Source: a phage
Sequence record: AF419418.1
Strand: one strand, 5' to 3'
DNA length: 285 nucleotides
Shown here: piece by piece, positions 1-285 of the stretch
How positions within the stretch are numbered: position 1 is the stretch's first letter
How the letters are laid out: each line of letters opens with the position of its first letter
Notes under the pieces: model-generated
Told to the model about the DNA's origin: nothing
What the model saw: the letters and a program-made list of their open reading frames with translations, nothing else
Database searches by the model: none
Program-made: the position numbers and the translations under genes

Positions 1-285
1 ATGGCTATGTCTAACATGACTTACAACAACGTTTTCGACCACGCTTACGAAATGCTGAAAGAAAACATCCGTTATGATGACATCTGTGACACTGATGACC
101 TGCACGATGCTATTCACATGGCTGCCGATAATGCAGTTCCGCATTACTACGCTGACATCTTTAGCGTAATGGCAAGTGAGGGTATTGACCTTGAGTTCGA
201 AGACTCTGGTCTGATGCCTGACACCAAGGACGTAATCTGCATCCTGCAAGCGCGTATCTATGAGCAATTAACGATTGACCTCTGG
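1..285 (+). CDS. ocr: Ocr (overcome classical restriction), phage T7 gene 0.3 type DNA-mimic anti-restriction protein; N-terminal 95 codons, 3'-partial (runs off the window end)
   Basis: Frame +1 is open across the entire window from ATG at 1-3 with no in-frame stop, while + frames 2 and 3 hit stops almost immediately (tga 17-19, taa 10-12). The translation matches my recollection of T7 Ocr essentially residue for residue, including the motifs [34 protein letters not shown] and [13 protein letters not shown]. Composition is strongly acidic (14 Asp + 6 Glu against 2 Lys + 2 Arg in 95 residues), as expected for a DNA mimic. Codon usage is typical of E. coli and T7 early genes (ctg, gac, aac, cgt). 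The window ends at Trp95, so the C-terminal acidic tail and the stop codon lie outside it. Confidence 0.93.
   Translation, partial: MAMSNMTYNNVFDHAYEMLKENIRYDDICDTDDLHDAIHMAADNAVPHYYADIFSVMASEGIDLEFEDSGLMPDTKDVICILQARIYEQLTIDLW

Noticed and set aside
7-18. In-frame internal ATG codons at 7-9 and 16-18 as possible alternative starts
   Set aside because: The ATG at 1-3 reproduces the known Ocr N-terminus (MAMSNM...). With no upstream sequence in the window there is no RBS evidence favouring a downstream start.
79-160. Short direct repeat gacatct at 79-85 and 154-160
   Set aside because: A 7-mer repeated once is expected by chance in a biased coding sequence; both copies are Asp-Ile codons (gac atc). 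No evidence of a functional repeat, CRISPR unit or recombination site.
1-267. Long open frame on the minus strand (complement of positions 267 to 1, about 89 codons with no stop, bounded by the taa that is the complement of 268-270)
   Set aside because: It lies exactly antisense to the Ocr reading frame, where stop-free complements are common. The + strand product matches a known protein along its whole length, and there is no start or RBS evidence for the antisense frame.
185-280. Two ttgacc hexamers (185-190 and 275-280) resembling a sigma70 -35 element
   Set aside because: No -10-like hexamer lies 16-18 bp downstream of the first (the 207-216 region reads tggtctgatg) and the second is at the window edge. 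Both are simply Ile-Asp codon pairs (att gac) in the coding frame.
1-285. Possibility that the window encodes a previously undescribed defence or anti-defence system
   Set aside because: The product is recognisable along its entire length as the well-characterised T7 Ocr protein, and no additional ORF, RNA or element is present. The only possibly non-canonical aspect is the pair of cysteine codons, reported separately.

Overview
The whole 285-nt window is a single + strand open reading frame that starts at the ATG at position 1 and runs off the 3' edge without a stop. Its translation ([95 protein letters not shown]) matches, from memory, the N-terminal 95 of 117 residues of phage T7 gene 0.3 protein Ocr, a well-characterised DNA-mimic inhibitor of type I restriction-modification. 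This is therefore a known phage anti-defence gene, not an undescribed system. The one point worth a second look is two cysteine codons (85-87 and 238-240) where I recall arginine in the T7 reference, which would make this a variant or engineered allele. No RNA genes, repeats, CRISPR, mobile elements or convincing regulatory sites are present, and no upstream or downstream context is visible.
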